64,000 nt of DNA from NCBI GenBank assembly GCA_963708075.1, contig OY970194.1, positions 5,344,001-5,408,000 of the forward strand. Direction: 5' to 3'. This stretch comes from Sedimentisphaerales bacterium (GTDB lineage: Bacteria > Planctomycetota > Phycisphaerae > Sedimentisphaerales > Anaerobacaceae). How positions within the stretch are numbered: the first letter of the stretch is position 1; every line of letters starts with the position of its first letter. Of the stretch, positions 1-8,462 are shown piece by piece. Position numbers and translations under genes: made by a program. Below the pieces are notes generated by a model. The model did no database searches. It had not been told where the DNA came from and was given only the letters and a program-made list of their open reading frames with translations.

Positions 1-41
1 CCTGCGAAGCCCCCGATCCCGACTATAATGATTTGACGCAT
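1..41 (-). CDS. crcB: Fluoride channel CrcB/FluC, N-terminus only (runs off the window)
   Basis: Reverse complement reads MRQIIIVGIGGFAG, the typical CrcB start with GGxxG; AGAGGG SD upstream. Only about 14 codons are visible. Confidence 0.6.
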   Translation of the reverse strand, partial: MRQIIIVGIGGFA

Positions 42-74
42 GCAGTGCCCTCTATTGTTGCCTGTTGCGGGCGT

Positions 75-103
75 AGTGTAGATGGCGCGGGGCGTGGCGT
101 CAA
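75..103 (-). promoter_or_regulatory. sigma70-type promoter for crcB
   Basis: TTGACG-N17-TACACT on the minus strand. Confidence 0.55.
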
Positions 104-136
104 GCCGAATGACGGCCGGGCCATCGGCAAGGCTGC

Positions 137-215
137 GGGTGCCATGTCTACGCTTGCGTAGACATGTTTTCATCCCAGGCGAAGGCATGCTTACGCGAGC
201 GTAAGCATGGCACCC
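137..215. repeat. REP-like doublet of hairpins
   Basis: Hairpins catgtctacgc/gcgtagacatg and catgcttacgc/gcgtaagcatg, enclosed by gggtgccatg...catggcaccc. Confidence 0.7.
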
Positions 216-296
216 GAACCGTGGTGGAAGAGAGCGTCGGAGTATGCTACAATGACTGCGCGCTCATTCGTAGATTGTAAATGGTAAATCGTAAAT

Positions 297-710
297 CCCA
301 AGGGTCGGTCGGGCGGTCGCTGGCTCGCGCGAGCGGCCGGAGGAAAGTCCGAGCAGGGCAGGGCACGGTGATGGCTAACAGCCATCGGGGGCAACCCCAG
401 GGACAGTGCCACAGAAAACACACGGCCGATGGCCCCTCGGGGCTCAGGCAAAGGTGAAATGGTGCGGTAAGAGCGCACCGCGGCGGCGGCGACGTCGCCG
501 GCAGGGAAAACCCCACCGCCTGCAAGACCAAGCAGCCGGTCAGCGAAAGCTGCACTCGGCCCGGGTGGCGAGCGGCTACGGCCGCTCGGCCGGCGGGTAG
601 GTTGCTTCCCGCATCGCGGGAGAATCAGTCGGCAACGGCTGGTCCAGATAAATGATCGCCGCCCACCCTCAAGGTGGGAACAGAACTCGGCTTATAGACC
701 GGCCCTTGGG
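297..710 (+). ncRNA. rnpB: RNase P RNA, bacterial class A
   Basis: Contains GAGGAAAGTCC, AGTGCCACAGAAAA, GGTGAAATGGTGCGGTAAGAGCGCACC and ACAGAACTCGGCTTAT; 5' and 3' ends pair (cccaagggtcggtc / gaccggcccttggg); TGcTACAAT extended -10 at about 245-253. Confidence 0.97.
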
Positions 711-821
711 ATTTACGATTTACCATTTACGATTTACGATTTGCAGGGCGGCATTCGTGCATCGATTCCGGATCTGGGCCGCCAGGTCTGTTCGTAGTGA
801 CGCCGTAAGGCGTTCTCCAGG

Positions 822-1150
822 GGGTGCGGTCGGCATACGGTGGCGGATTCGGATTGCAGCCGACACAAGAGCGCAGCCCAGTCTTCTTTCGCCCCTACGG
901 GGCTTTGAGATAGGATTGACTATCGTACCCACCGTTGAAACGGTGGGCTAGTGTCGATCGCCCCCGTGGGGCGGACGGGCCGACGCAAGAGGACTGAAGC
1001 GCAGTCCAAGCCCGGAGGGCGATAGAGAATAGCCCAGCGATTTATCGCTGGGGAACCGGGGCCGAGGACAAAAGCCAGTCCCGTAAGGGACGAAAGAGGC
1101 GCAGTCCGCACACGGCGGCTACACGCCGCCACCGAATTCCGACCACACCC
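822..1150. mobile_element. MITE-like composite repeat (family A), copy 1
   Basis: 25-bp imperfect terminal inverted repeats (22/25), flanking direct repeat TTCTCCAGG (813-821, 1151-1159), internal palindromes cccaccgttgaaacggtggg, cccagcgatttatcgctggg, tcccgtaaggga. Confidence 0.8.
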
Positions 1151-1163
1151 TTCTCCAGGTTTG

Positions 1164-2213
1164 TCAGCACACTGTGCGTCGCAGCAGCGGGATGTTCATC
1201 AGGATCGAGGTGATCAGGTAGCACACGGCGAAGGTCGCCAGCGGCACGAGAATGACAGCGAGCAGAAATGAGCCGTCCCCTGCGTGCTTGCCCAGCCGAT
1301 CCCCTATGTATTTGAGCACGAGCGGGTGCAGCACGTAGATGCCCAGCGTGGTGGAGGCGACCCATTCGAGGGCCGTCTTGCAGAACCCCTCGGGCGGCCT
1401 GGCTGTCTTGTCGCGCAGGTACGCCGCCCAGAAGATCGAGATGGACAGGAACACCATCGGCAGGCTGAAGAAGTCGAAGAGGTATCGCACGCCGATGCCG
1501 CCTTGCCTGGCAAGGAACGCAGGGGCAAACGCCGTCAGGTAGATTGCCGAGACGATCACGGTCAACGATGGGAATCCCGTGGGTATCTTCTCCGGGTCGA
1601 TCCGCGGCAGTTCGTAGCCGCACAGGTAGTATCCGATGAATGGGATGAACATCGTGAAGATGGACCGGCGGTTGTTCCAGAGCAGCACGTCGGTCTGGAA
1701 GTAGGCGTTCGCAAGGATCAGAATGAGGATGATGGCGAAGATCCGGTCCCGCTGGGGCGCACATCGCACGAACGTCCGCAGCACCGGCGTGACCAGATAC
1801 AGCCCGGCGATCATGTAGAGAAACCACAGATGGTAGTACGCGTCGCCCGTGAGGATCAACCGGGCGATGGAGCCGGCGGTAAGCCGCTCACCATCCACCA
1901 CCTGCCGGACGATGAGATAGATAACCGTCCAGAACACGAGCGGAATGCCCACGCGATACAGCCGCTTCTTATAGAAAGCAAGAGCGGATTCCTCTCGCTC
2001 ATTGCCGAGCAGCAGCACTCCGCTGATCATGACGAAGACGGGAATCGCGAAATGCGCCAGGTAAAAGAGTGAGCCGCCCAGCCACCAGTTGGCGGTGAAC
2101 GGCCGCATCGGCATCGTGAGTCCAATGGCCACGTGCCCGGTAACCACCGCGTAAATACCGAGAATCCTCAGCCGGTTGATGTACTGAATGCTTCGAGCCT
2201 TCTCAGCCGGCAC
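1164..2213 (-). CDS. Acyltransferase family 3 (WecH/YiaH-like surface polysaccharide O-acyltransferase)
   Basis: Multi-TM protein with INRLRILGIYAVVTGH, IPVFVMISG, YYHLWFLY and GIYVLHP motifs; likely GTG start at 2213 with GGAG SD right after the hepT stop. Confidence 0.85.
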   Translation of the reverse strand: MPAEKARSIQYINRLRILGIYAVVTGHVAIGLTMPMRPFTANWWLGGSLFYLAHFAIPVFVMISGVLLLGNEREESALAFYKKRLYRVGIPLVFWTVIYLIVRQVVDGERLTAGSIARLILTGDAYYHLWFLYMIAGLYLVTPVLRTFVRCAPQRDRIFAIILILILANAYFQTDVLLWNNRRSIFTMFIPFIGYYLCGYELPRIDPEKIPTGFPSLTVIVSAIYLTAFAPAFLARQGGIGVRYLFDFFSLPMVFLSISIFWAAYLRDKTARPPEGFCKTALEWVASTTLGIYVLHPLVLKYIGDRLGKHAGDGSFLLAVILVPLATFAVCYLITSILMNIPLLRRTVC

Positions 2214-2215
2214 GT

Positions 2216-2554
2216 TTACGCTCCACGGGCAAGCTGACTCAGCACAAACGACTTGAGTTGCGGCAGGTTGCTGCGACATGTATCCCAGACTACCTTCAGA
2301 TCTACGCCGAAGTACTGATGAATCAAGACATTCCGCATTGCTTTGATCCTGCGCCACGGTATCTCTGGATGTTCCTCGATGAAGGGAGCGGACAGATTCC
2401 TTGCGGCCTCACCGATGATTTCCGGTTCCCTGACCACGGCATCGATCATCATGTCGTTTGCCGCGAATGCCTCATAATCCATGCCCGTGAGGTAGCGATC
2501 GATCTTCTCGATGGCCGCGAGCATGTGACGCAGGTACACAGGATCATTTTGCAT
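2216..2554 (-). CDS. hepT: HepT-like HEPN ribonuclease toxin (DUF86)
   Basis: 112 aa with RNVLIHQY (RX4HXY) and HPEIPWRRI. Confidence 0.9.
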   Translation of the reverse strand: MQNDPVYLRHMLAAIEKIDRYLTGMDYEAFAANDMMIDAVVREPEIIGEAARNLSAPFIEEHPEIPWRRIKAMRNVLIHQYFGVDLKVVWDTCRSNLPQLKSFVLSQLARGA

Positions 2555-2849
2555 AGACCGGTTGGGCCTCTCTCAGTACGTCATCGCGGAAATACTGGCT
2601 GAGAGCTTGGGGCGTCAGGAGATCCACCTTTTTGCCGAGCGCCTCCGAGAACTGCTCCTGAATCTCGATGAACTCGAACAAGCCTATGGTAGCGCGTGGG
2701 TCAAACTCGATCAGCACATCGACGTCGCTGTCTTCCCCGGCCGTACCGTGTATCTGAGAGCCGAAGAGGGCCAGGAATCTGATGGCGTCGCGGTAAGGGC
2801 TCTCTTGAACGGCCTTGCCCAGTCGTCCTGTCAATTCTCCTTTGTTCAT
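2544..2849 (-). CDS. mntA: MntA-like minimal nucleotidyltransferase antitoxin
   Basis: GS-X10-DVD motif and LGKKVDL; overlaps the HEPN gene start. Confidence 0.9.
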   Translation of the reverse strand: MNKGELTGRLGKAVQESPYRDAIRFLALFGSQIHGTAGEDSDVDVLIEFDPRATIGLFEFIEIQEQFSEALGKKVDLLTPQALSQYFRDDVLREAQPVYAK

Positions 2850-2855
2850 GATCGG

Positions 2856-2885
2856 AGTGTACGATTTCCGGGCTCAATCTGTCAA
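2856..2885 (-). promoter_or_regulatory. Promoter of the mnt-hepn operon (probably leaderless)
   Basis: TTGACA-N18-TACACT ending 6 nt before the ATG at 2849. Confidence 0.65.
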
Positions 2886-2906
2886 AGCCAATCCATCGTG
2901 ATAGGG

Positions 2907-3932
2907 CTACTTCTTCGGTGCCTCCAGCTTGTGGTCGGCGGGGGTGAGGCCTTTCTTGAATCCGCCGAAGCCGATGGGGAAGGGGTCGTACTGGCCGAGG
3001 ATGTCCACCTTGCCCTGCGCCGGGATCTTGTCCTCCATACCAAGGCCCCAATAGCAGGCGTTGACGAGCAGCCGGCGGAAGTTGGCGTCCTTGAGGTCGC
3101 CCGCGTGGCCCATCGTAGTCGTGAAGACCCGGGCGGCCTTGCCGGTCTCGCCCGTATAACTCTTGATCCAGGCGACCGGCAGAGGCTTCTTATTCGTATT
3201 CTCCTTGTCGTCCGGATTCATGCCGGCCAGCACATGGCCCATGATCACCGGCTTGCAGTCGCCGTGCAGTGTGGTCAGGCCATAAACATCGGACGGTCCC
3301 CAGATCGTGCCGACGCCGCGAACGATCGGCTGATTCTCCATTCCCTCGGCCACGATGCCGCGAGTGCTCTCCTTCTGGTGGTCGCCGTAGTGGCTGACCC
3401 ACGTCTCGCCGAGCACTTGCCGGCCGTAGCCGCCCTTGAACGCCTCGTCCTTGTTCTGCCAGCTCCATTTCGCGTACAGGCTGTCCTTGCGCTTGTTGTA
3501 GTTGAAGGGATGGGTCGCCGTGCGCAGCGCGACAATCGGCCTGCCTGAATTCGTGTAGTCGATGATATGTTTCATCTGCTCGTCCGGCAGCTCTCGGAAC
3601 CGGGTGAACAGCACCATCAGGTCCGCCTTGTCGAGAGCTTCGAGCCCCGGGATGTTGTCGAGCGTTAACGGGTCGATCTGGCCGGTCTCCTTGTTGATCG
3701 CAAACAGCACGGTGCACTTGAACCCGTGATGCGCAGCCAGGATTTTCGCCAGCATCGGCATCGACTCCTCGGAGCGGTACTCCTCATCGCCCGTGACGAA
3801 CACGATATGTTTTCCCTGCCCCGGTCCCGCCCCGCCCTCATACACCACCCAGGGCGTTTCCGCTGACCTCGCCGGTGCTGATACGATGATCATCAACATC
3901 CCCGTAAACAGGCTCAGTGCTGCGTTCCTCAT
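2907..3932 (-). CDS. Secreted ThuA-like (class I GATase-fold) domain protein
   Basis: Signal peptide; HIVFVTGDEEYRSEESMP, GLEALDKADL, LRTATH and RVFTTTMGH motifs. Confidence 0.8.
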   Translation of the reverse strand: MRNAALSLFTGMLMIIVSAPARSAETPWVVYEGGAGPGQGKHIVFVTGDEEYRSEESMPMLAKILAAHHGFKCTVLFAINKETGQIDPLTLDNIPGLEALDKADLMVLFTRFRELPDEQMKHIIDYTNSGRPIVALRTATHPFNYNKRKDSLYAKWSWQNKDEAFKGGYGRQVLGETWVSHYGDHQKESTRGIVAEGMENQPIVRGVGTIWGPSDVYGLTTLHGDCKPVIMGHVLAGMNPDDKENTNKKPLPVAWIKSYTGETGKAARVFTTTMGHAGDLKDANFRRLLVNACYWGLGMEDKIPAQGKVDILGQYDPFPIGFGGFKKGLTPADHKLEAPKK

Positions 3933-4045
3933 ACTCGTCAACCCCGTCCTTTCTGCAGTATGACATTGCCCGAAGCAATCTGTTGCAGCCATTGTTTCTC
4001 CATAGCGGCCTGGCGTCAAGCACGAACCCGGACGAGAAGCCTACG

Positions 4046-4381
4046 AGGTGCGGCCGGCATACGGTGGTGGATTCCGACCACACCCGACGCAAGGACGCGT
4101 CCCCGCTGCCCGTCTTCTGTCGCCCCTGCGGGGCTTGGGATAGGATGGGCTATCGGCACCCACCGTTGAAACGGTGGGCTATTGTCGATCGCCCCCGTGG
4201 GGCGGATGGGCCGACGCAAGAGGACTGGGGCGCAGTCCAAGCCCGCAGGGCGATAGAGAATAGCCCAGCGATTCATCGCTGGGGAATCTGAGCCAAGGAT
4301 AAAAGCCAGTCCCGTAAGGGACGAAAGAGGGGTGGTCGGCACACGGCGGCTATGCGCTGCCGACACATTCCGACCGCGCCC
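4046..4381. repeat. Family A composite repeat, copy 2
   Basis: High similarity to 822-1150 with the same palindromic modules. Confidence 0.85.
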
Positions 4382-4449
4382 GCCAAGGGTGGCAGCGGCA
4401 AGCGCCAGCTTGCGACGGCTCTCTCGCGGCGAGGAATGCTGGCTGAGCA

Positions 4450-5571
4450 CTACTGGCTGTGGGCCATGGCTTCGAGGAATTCCTTGTTGGTGGGGTACTT
4501 CTTGAGCAGCCTGTGCAGGGCGTCCATGGCGCCTTGCGGCTCGTAGCTGGACAGGACCCGTCGAAGTGTGGTCAGGCCGCGGCTCTCCTGAGGCGAGTAG
4601 AGCTTGGCTTCCTTGCGCGTGCCGCTGGCCGGCAGGTTGATCGCGGGCCAGATTCGTGCCTCGGCGAGCTTCCGGTCGAGGATGAGCTCACTGTTGCCGG
4701 TGCCCTTGAACTCCTCGAAGATCAACTGGTCCATCCGCGAGCCGGTGTCCACCAGGCACGTGGCGACGATCGTGACGGACCCGCCTTCCTCAGCCCGGCG
4801 TGCCAGTCCGAACACGCGGCGGGGCACTTCGAGGATGCCCGCCTCCAGGCCGCCGCTCATCGTTGGCCGCGAGCCGCCGCTGCGCCGCGTTCGGTTGTTG
4901 AAAGCCCGGCCCATCCGCGTGAGACTGTCGATCATGAGGACGACCTCATGGCCGCATTCGAGCTCGATCTGGACGTGGGCGAGGATCAGCTCGGCCAGCT
5001 CGACATGCTCGTCGGCCGTGCGGTCGCTCGTGCTGGCGGCGATTTCCGCGCCCTCGGTGGCCCTGCGAAACTGGGTGACTTCCTCCGGCCGCTCATCCAA
5101 CAGCAACACGATGATCCGGCTCTGCGGGGAGCATTTGCGAATCGCCTGAACCATCTGTTCCAGCATCACCGTCTTGCCTGCCTTCGGCGGCGAGACGATC
5201 AACTGACGCGAGCCCTTGCCGATCGGCGCGATGAGATCGACGATCCGCATGCTCTCGTGGCCGCTGATGCCGAGGTCAAACCGCTCGAACGGATCGACGG
5301 CCACCAGGTCGGAATAGCGAGGCCGCTTGGCAAATGCCTGCGGGTCCAGTCCGCCGAGCGTCTCGATGGAGACCAGCTTGGGCTTGCCCTTCCTCTGCTC
5401 GACCTTGCCGGTAACGCTTGCGCCTTCCACGAGCGGATAGCGGCGCATCAGCTCCGGCAGCACCAGCACCTCGGGATGCTTGGCCCGATAGGATCGGTCG
5501 GCCATGCGGACCGCGAACTGCTGTTTGTCGATTCGTTTCAGTACTCCGCGAACTACCTCAGTCTCAGCCAT
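4450..5571 (-). CDS. rho: Transcription termination factor Rho, short divergent form
   Basis: PIGKGSR, Walker A PPKAGKT, LLDERPEEVT, IDSLTR, FEEFKGTGNSEL, SGTRKE. Confidence 0.92.
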   Translation of the reverse strand: MAETEVVRGVLKRIDKQQFAVRMADRSYRAKHPEVLVLPELMRRYPLVEGASVTGKVEQRKGKPKLVSIETLGGLDPQAFAKRPRYSDLVAVDPFERFDLGISGHESMRIVDLIAPIGKGSRQLIVSPPKAGKTVMLEQMVQAIRKCSPQSRIIVLLLDERPEEVTQFRRATEGAEIAASTSDRTADEHVELAELILAHVQIELECGHEVVLMIDSLTRMGRAFNNRTRRSGGSRPTMSGGLEAGILEVPRRVFGLARRAEEGGSVTIVATCLVDTGSRMDQLIFEEFKGTGNSELILDRKLAEARIWPAINLPASGTRKEAKLYSPQESRGLTTLRRVLSSYEPQGAMDALHRLLKKYPTNKEFLEAMAHSQ

Positions 5572-5777
5572 TCAACCGTTCCATGGGAATTGCATCAGAG
5601 ATCCTTATGATTACAAAACAGTCCCTATCATACCATGTTGTCATGTATTGGCAACCCTGCCATCTGACGCATTCGTCGTTAATTCTTACGGATTGTTGCG
5701 TGGGGCGATCCGGGGTAACATGGTTGCCGCATGAATCTGCTGTCTTTGACAGGATTATCGAGGAGCCGGACCGTTTC

Positions 5778-7046
5778 ATGACCAGATCGTATGATTCCCC
5801 GCTTGCCTGTGTCCTGCTGGTCTGTTGCACGGCGCTGAGCGTCTTGGCCGGGCCAATGCAGGAGTTGAACCCGCCCGTGCAGAGCTGGTTTCCGGCGGCG
5901 CCGCCGCTGCCAAAGCCGGAGGGCAAGATTGTCGAGGCCGCAACCGTTGAGGAGCTGATCAAAGCCATTGAACAGGCCCGGACGGGCCAGACCATCCTTG
6001 TTGCGGATGGCCATTACCTGATGCCTCGCTATGTGGAGATTCGAGCGGACGGCGTCACATTGCGAAGCGCATCGGGGCATCGGCAGCACGTCGTTCTGGA
6101 TGGCGCTCACAGCCGCCATGGCGAGTTGCTGGGCGTGCGGGCCTGTTCCGGCGTGACGGTCGCGGATCTGACGATTCAGAACGTCCGGACGAACGGGTTC
6201 AAGATCAACTCCGAGACGAACGTGCAGAAGCTGACCCTCTACAACTGCATAATCCACAACGTGTGGCAGCGCGGGGTCAAGGGCGTAAAGGTGCCGGCGG
6301 AGAACCGCGAAGCGATCCGGCCGAAGGATTGCCGCATCCGGTACTGCCTGTTCTACAACGACCGGCCAAAGCGACTCAGCGACGATCCCGCCGACATCGC
6401 CAACGGCAATTACGTCGCCGGCATCGACGTGATGTACGCGAAGGATTGGACGATCAGCGACAACGTCTTCGTCGGAATTCAGGGCAGCACGTACGAGGGC
6501 CGCGGCGCTATCTTCCTCTGGTTCGATGCGACGAATTGCAGCGTCGAGCGCAACATCATTATCGATTGCGATGTCGGGCTGCAGCTTGGCAATCCGCACC
6601 GCGCGGACAACATCGAGTATCACTGTGTCGGCTGCGTGGCCCGCAACAACTTCATCACGCGGGCCCCGGAGGCGGGCATCGTGGCCGTGTACACGAAAGA
6701 TTGCAGGGTGCTTCACAATACGATTCACGACCCGCAGACTCGCAAGGGCCGCCTGATCCGCACGGTCTTCACGAACGACGGACTGGTCATCGCCAATAAT
6801 CTGCTCAGTGGCCCGGCCGTAAGCAATGAGTCCGACAGCGAGATCCGATGGCTCGGCAACCTCATGGAAGACATGACCGGGTCGTTTGCCGATCCGGCTC
6901 GCGGCGATTTGCATCTGACGGACTCCGCGACGAAGGCCCTCGATGCCGCCGTGCTCCTGCCGGACGTGGCCAGGGATATCGACAACCAGCGCCGCGACAA
7001 GCCGGACATTGGCGCCGATGAGCTGAGTTCTGAGGACGTGAGATGA
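5778..7046 (+). CDS. Secreted right-handed parallel beta-helix (pectin lyase-fold) protein
   Basis: Signal peptide after MTRSYDS, ILVADGHY, repeated N-x-I strands, C-terminal PDIGADE. Confidence 0.75.
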   Translation: MTRSYDSPLACVLLVCCTALSVLAGPMQELNPPVQSWFPAAPPLPKPEGKIVEAATVEELIKAIEQARTGQTILVADGHYLMPRYVEIRADGVTLRSASGHRQHVVLDGAHSRHGELLGVRACSGVTVADLTIQNVRTNGFKINSETNVQKLTLYNCIIHNVWQRGVKGVKVPAENREAIRPKDCRIRYCLFYNDRPKRLSDDPADIANGNYVAGIDVMYAKDWTISDNVFVGIQGSTYEGRGAIFLWFDATNCSVERNIIIDCDVGLQLGNPHRADNIEYHCVGCVARNNFITRAPEAGIVAVYTKDCRVLHNTIHDPQTRKGRLIRTVFTNDGLVIANNLLSGPAVSNESDSEIRWLGNLMEDMTGSFADPARGDLHLTDSATKALDAAVLLPDVARDIDNQRRDKPDIGADELSSEDVR

Positions 7047-7091
7047 TGCAACATACTACTGGGTACAGGGCGGAGGAGCAGCGACTGAAAC

Positions 7092-7172
7092 GGGTGGCAT
7101 CGGCAAGGCCGGAGGCTTTGCCGATGGCGAATGGGCAAACCATCGGCAAGCTGGCGCCTGCCGCTGCCACCC
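7092..7172. repeat. Palindromic repeat family B (also 44600-44679, 55875-55954; partial at 4387 and 54681)
   Basis: gggtggca.cggcaaggcc.gaggctttgccgatggcgaatgggcaaaccatcggcaagctg...tgccaccc, recurring in the window. Confidence 0.85.
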
Positions 7173-7201
7173 ATGAACCACACGCCTACTGTGCCGAAAC
7201 T

Positions 7202-8305
7202 GTGTCGCGCCCTCGTACAATTCTACTCGCATGTTTCCTGTTGGTATGCGCCTTGTCATTGGTGAGAGCCGCCGAAATCCAGGTCGCGGATTCAGGGCAA
7301 TTGCGTGCGGCGATCGCGCAGCTCGCGCCAGGGACGACGGTCCTGCTGGCGCCGGGGGTCTATGAAGGCGGGCTGTATCTGGAGAAAGTGGTGGGAGCGG
7401 AGAATGCTCCTGTCATCATCGCGGGGCAGGATGCGAATAATCCACCCGTATTCCGGGGCGGCGGCCAGGCTATGCATCTCGCCGATTGCAGTTACGTGAC
7501 GCTCAGGAATCTGCAGGTCGAAGGCTTTCCCGGCAACGGGATCAACATCGATGACGGCGGGTCGTTTGAAACGCCCGCGCACCATATCGTTCTGGAGAAC
7601 GTGACGATCCTGAAGACCGGGCCGACGGGCAATCACGACGCGTTGAAAATGTCCGGCGTGGACCAGTTCACCGTACGCAAGTGCCACTTCGAGGCCTGGG
7701 GCAGCTCGGCGATCGACATGGTTGGCTGTCATCGCGGCGTCGTGGAGGACTGCACGTTCGTCGGCCGAGAGGGATTCGGACAGGACAACGCCGTGCAGCT
7801 CAAGGGCGGCACCAGCGACGTCCTCGTCCAGTGCTGCTCGTTCACCAACGCGGGCCAGCGGGCGATCAACCTCGGCGGCAGCACCGGCCTGCCGTACTTC
7901 CGTCCCAGCGTCGGTGATTACGAGGCGAAGGACATCACCATCGCGGGCAACCGCTTCACGGGCAGTCTCGCCCCGGTCGCCTGGGTCACCGCCGATGGCG
8001 GCCACGTCCATCACAACACGATCATCCTGCCCGACAAGTGGGTATTGCGAGTTCTCCAAGAGACGCGCGACCCTCAGTTCAAGCCCTGTCACAGCGGCCT
8101 GTTCGAGCACAACCTGGTGATCTACGACTCCCGCGTGCAGATCTTCGTGAACGTTGGCACCGGCACGGCCCCGGAGACGTTTCGGTTCCGCCGGAATGCC
8201 TGGTGCGACGTGGAAGCCTGCCGCAAGCCCCAGTTGCCCACGCCTGAGGAGGACGGCACATACCTCTGTGACATCGGAGCCGAAGCCTACACACGAGCGC
8301 GGTAG
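7202..8305 (+). CDS. Secreted right-handed parallel beta-helix protein
   Basis: PGTTVLLAPGVY, HDALKMSGVD, AIDMVGC, QLKGG; the longer ORF start at 7043 runs through a family B repeat, so the true start is probably the GTG at about 7202. Confidence 0.75.
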   Translation: MSRPRTILLACFLLVCALSLVRAAEIQVADSGQLRAAIAQLAPGTTVLLAPGVYEGGLYLEKVVGAENAPVIIAGQDANNPPVFRGGGQAMHLADCSYVTLRNLQVEGFPGNGINIDDGGSFETPAHHIVLENVTILKTGPTGNHDALKMSGVDQFTVRKCHFEAWGSSAIDMVGCHRGVVEDCTFVGREGFGQDNAVQLKGGTSDVLVQCCSFTNAGQRAINLGGSTGLPYFRPSVGDYEAKDITIAGNRFTGSLAPVAWVTADGGHVHHNTIILPDKWVLRVLQETRDPQFKPCHSGLFEHNLVIYDSRVQIFVNVGTGTAPETFRFRRNAWCDVEACRKPQLPTPEEDGTYLCDIGAEAYTRAR

Positions 8306-8358
8306 ATAAGCGCGTGCTTTGCCCCCAGGGACATGATAGACTTGTGGCATGGCAGTCC

Positions 8359-8430
8359 GTAGGGTGGGTTCTTAACCCACGCGGTTGTCCCATTGAAGCT
8401 AACGACGCGTGGGTTGAGAACCCACCCTAC
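8359..8430. repeat. GTAG-class REP doublet (related doublets at 30291-30360 and 54772-54875)
   Basis: gtagggtgggttcttaacccacgcg ... cgcgtgggttgagaacccaccctac inverted pair. Confidence 0.75.
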
Positions 8431-8462
8431 ACCGTTGCGATAGCCTTTTCAAAGGAGCACGT

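Noticed and set aside
42..135. Fluoride riboswitch upstream of crcB
   Set aside because: Only partial resemblance, and the predicted promoter leaves a leader of under 30 nt
191..1132. Short ORFs over rnpB and family A repeats (also 3917-4450, 45744-46329, 54619-56007)
   Set aside because: Translations of structured RNA or repeat DNA
5627..5654. ATCATA near rho as another copy of the GLUG leader
   Set aside because: Better explained as the minus-strand -10 (TGgTATGAT) with a TTGCCA -35 for rho; no enclosing stem
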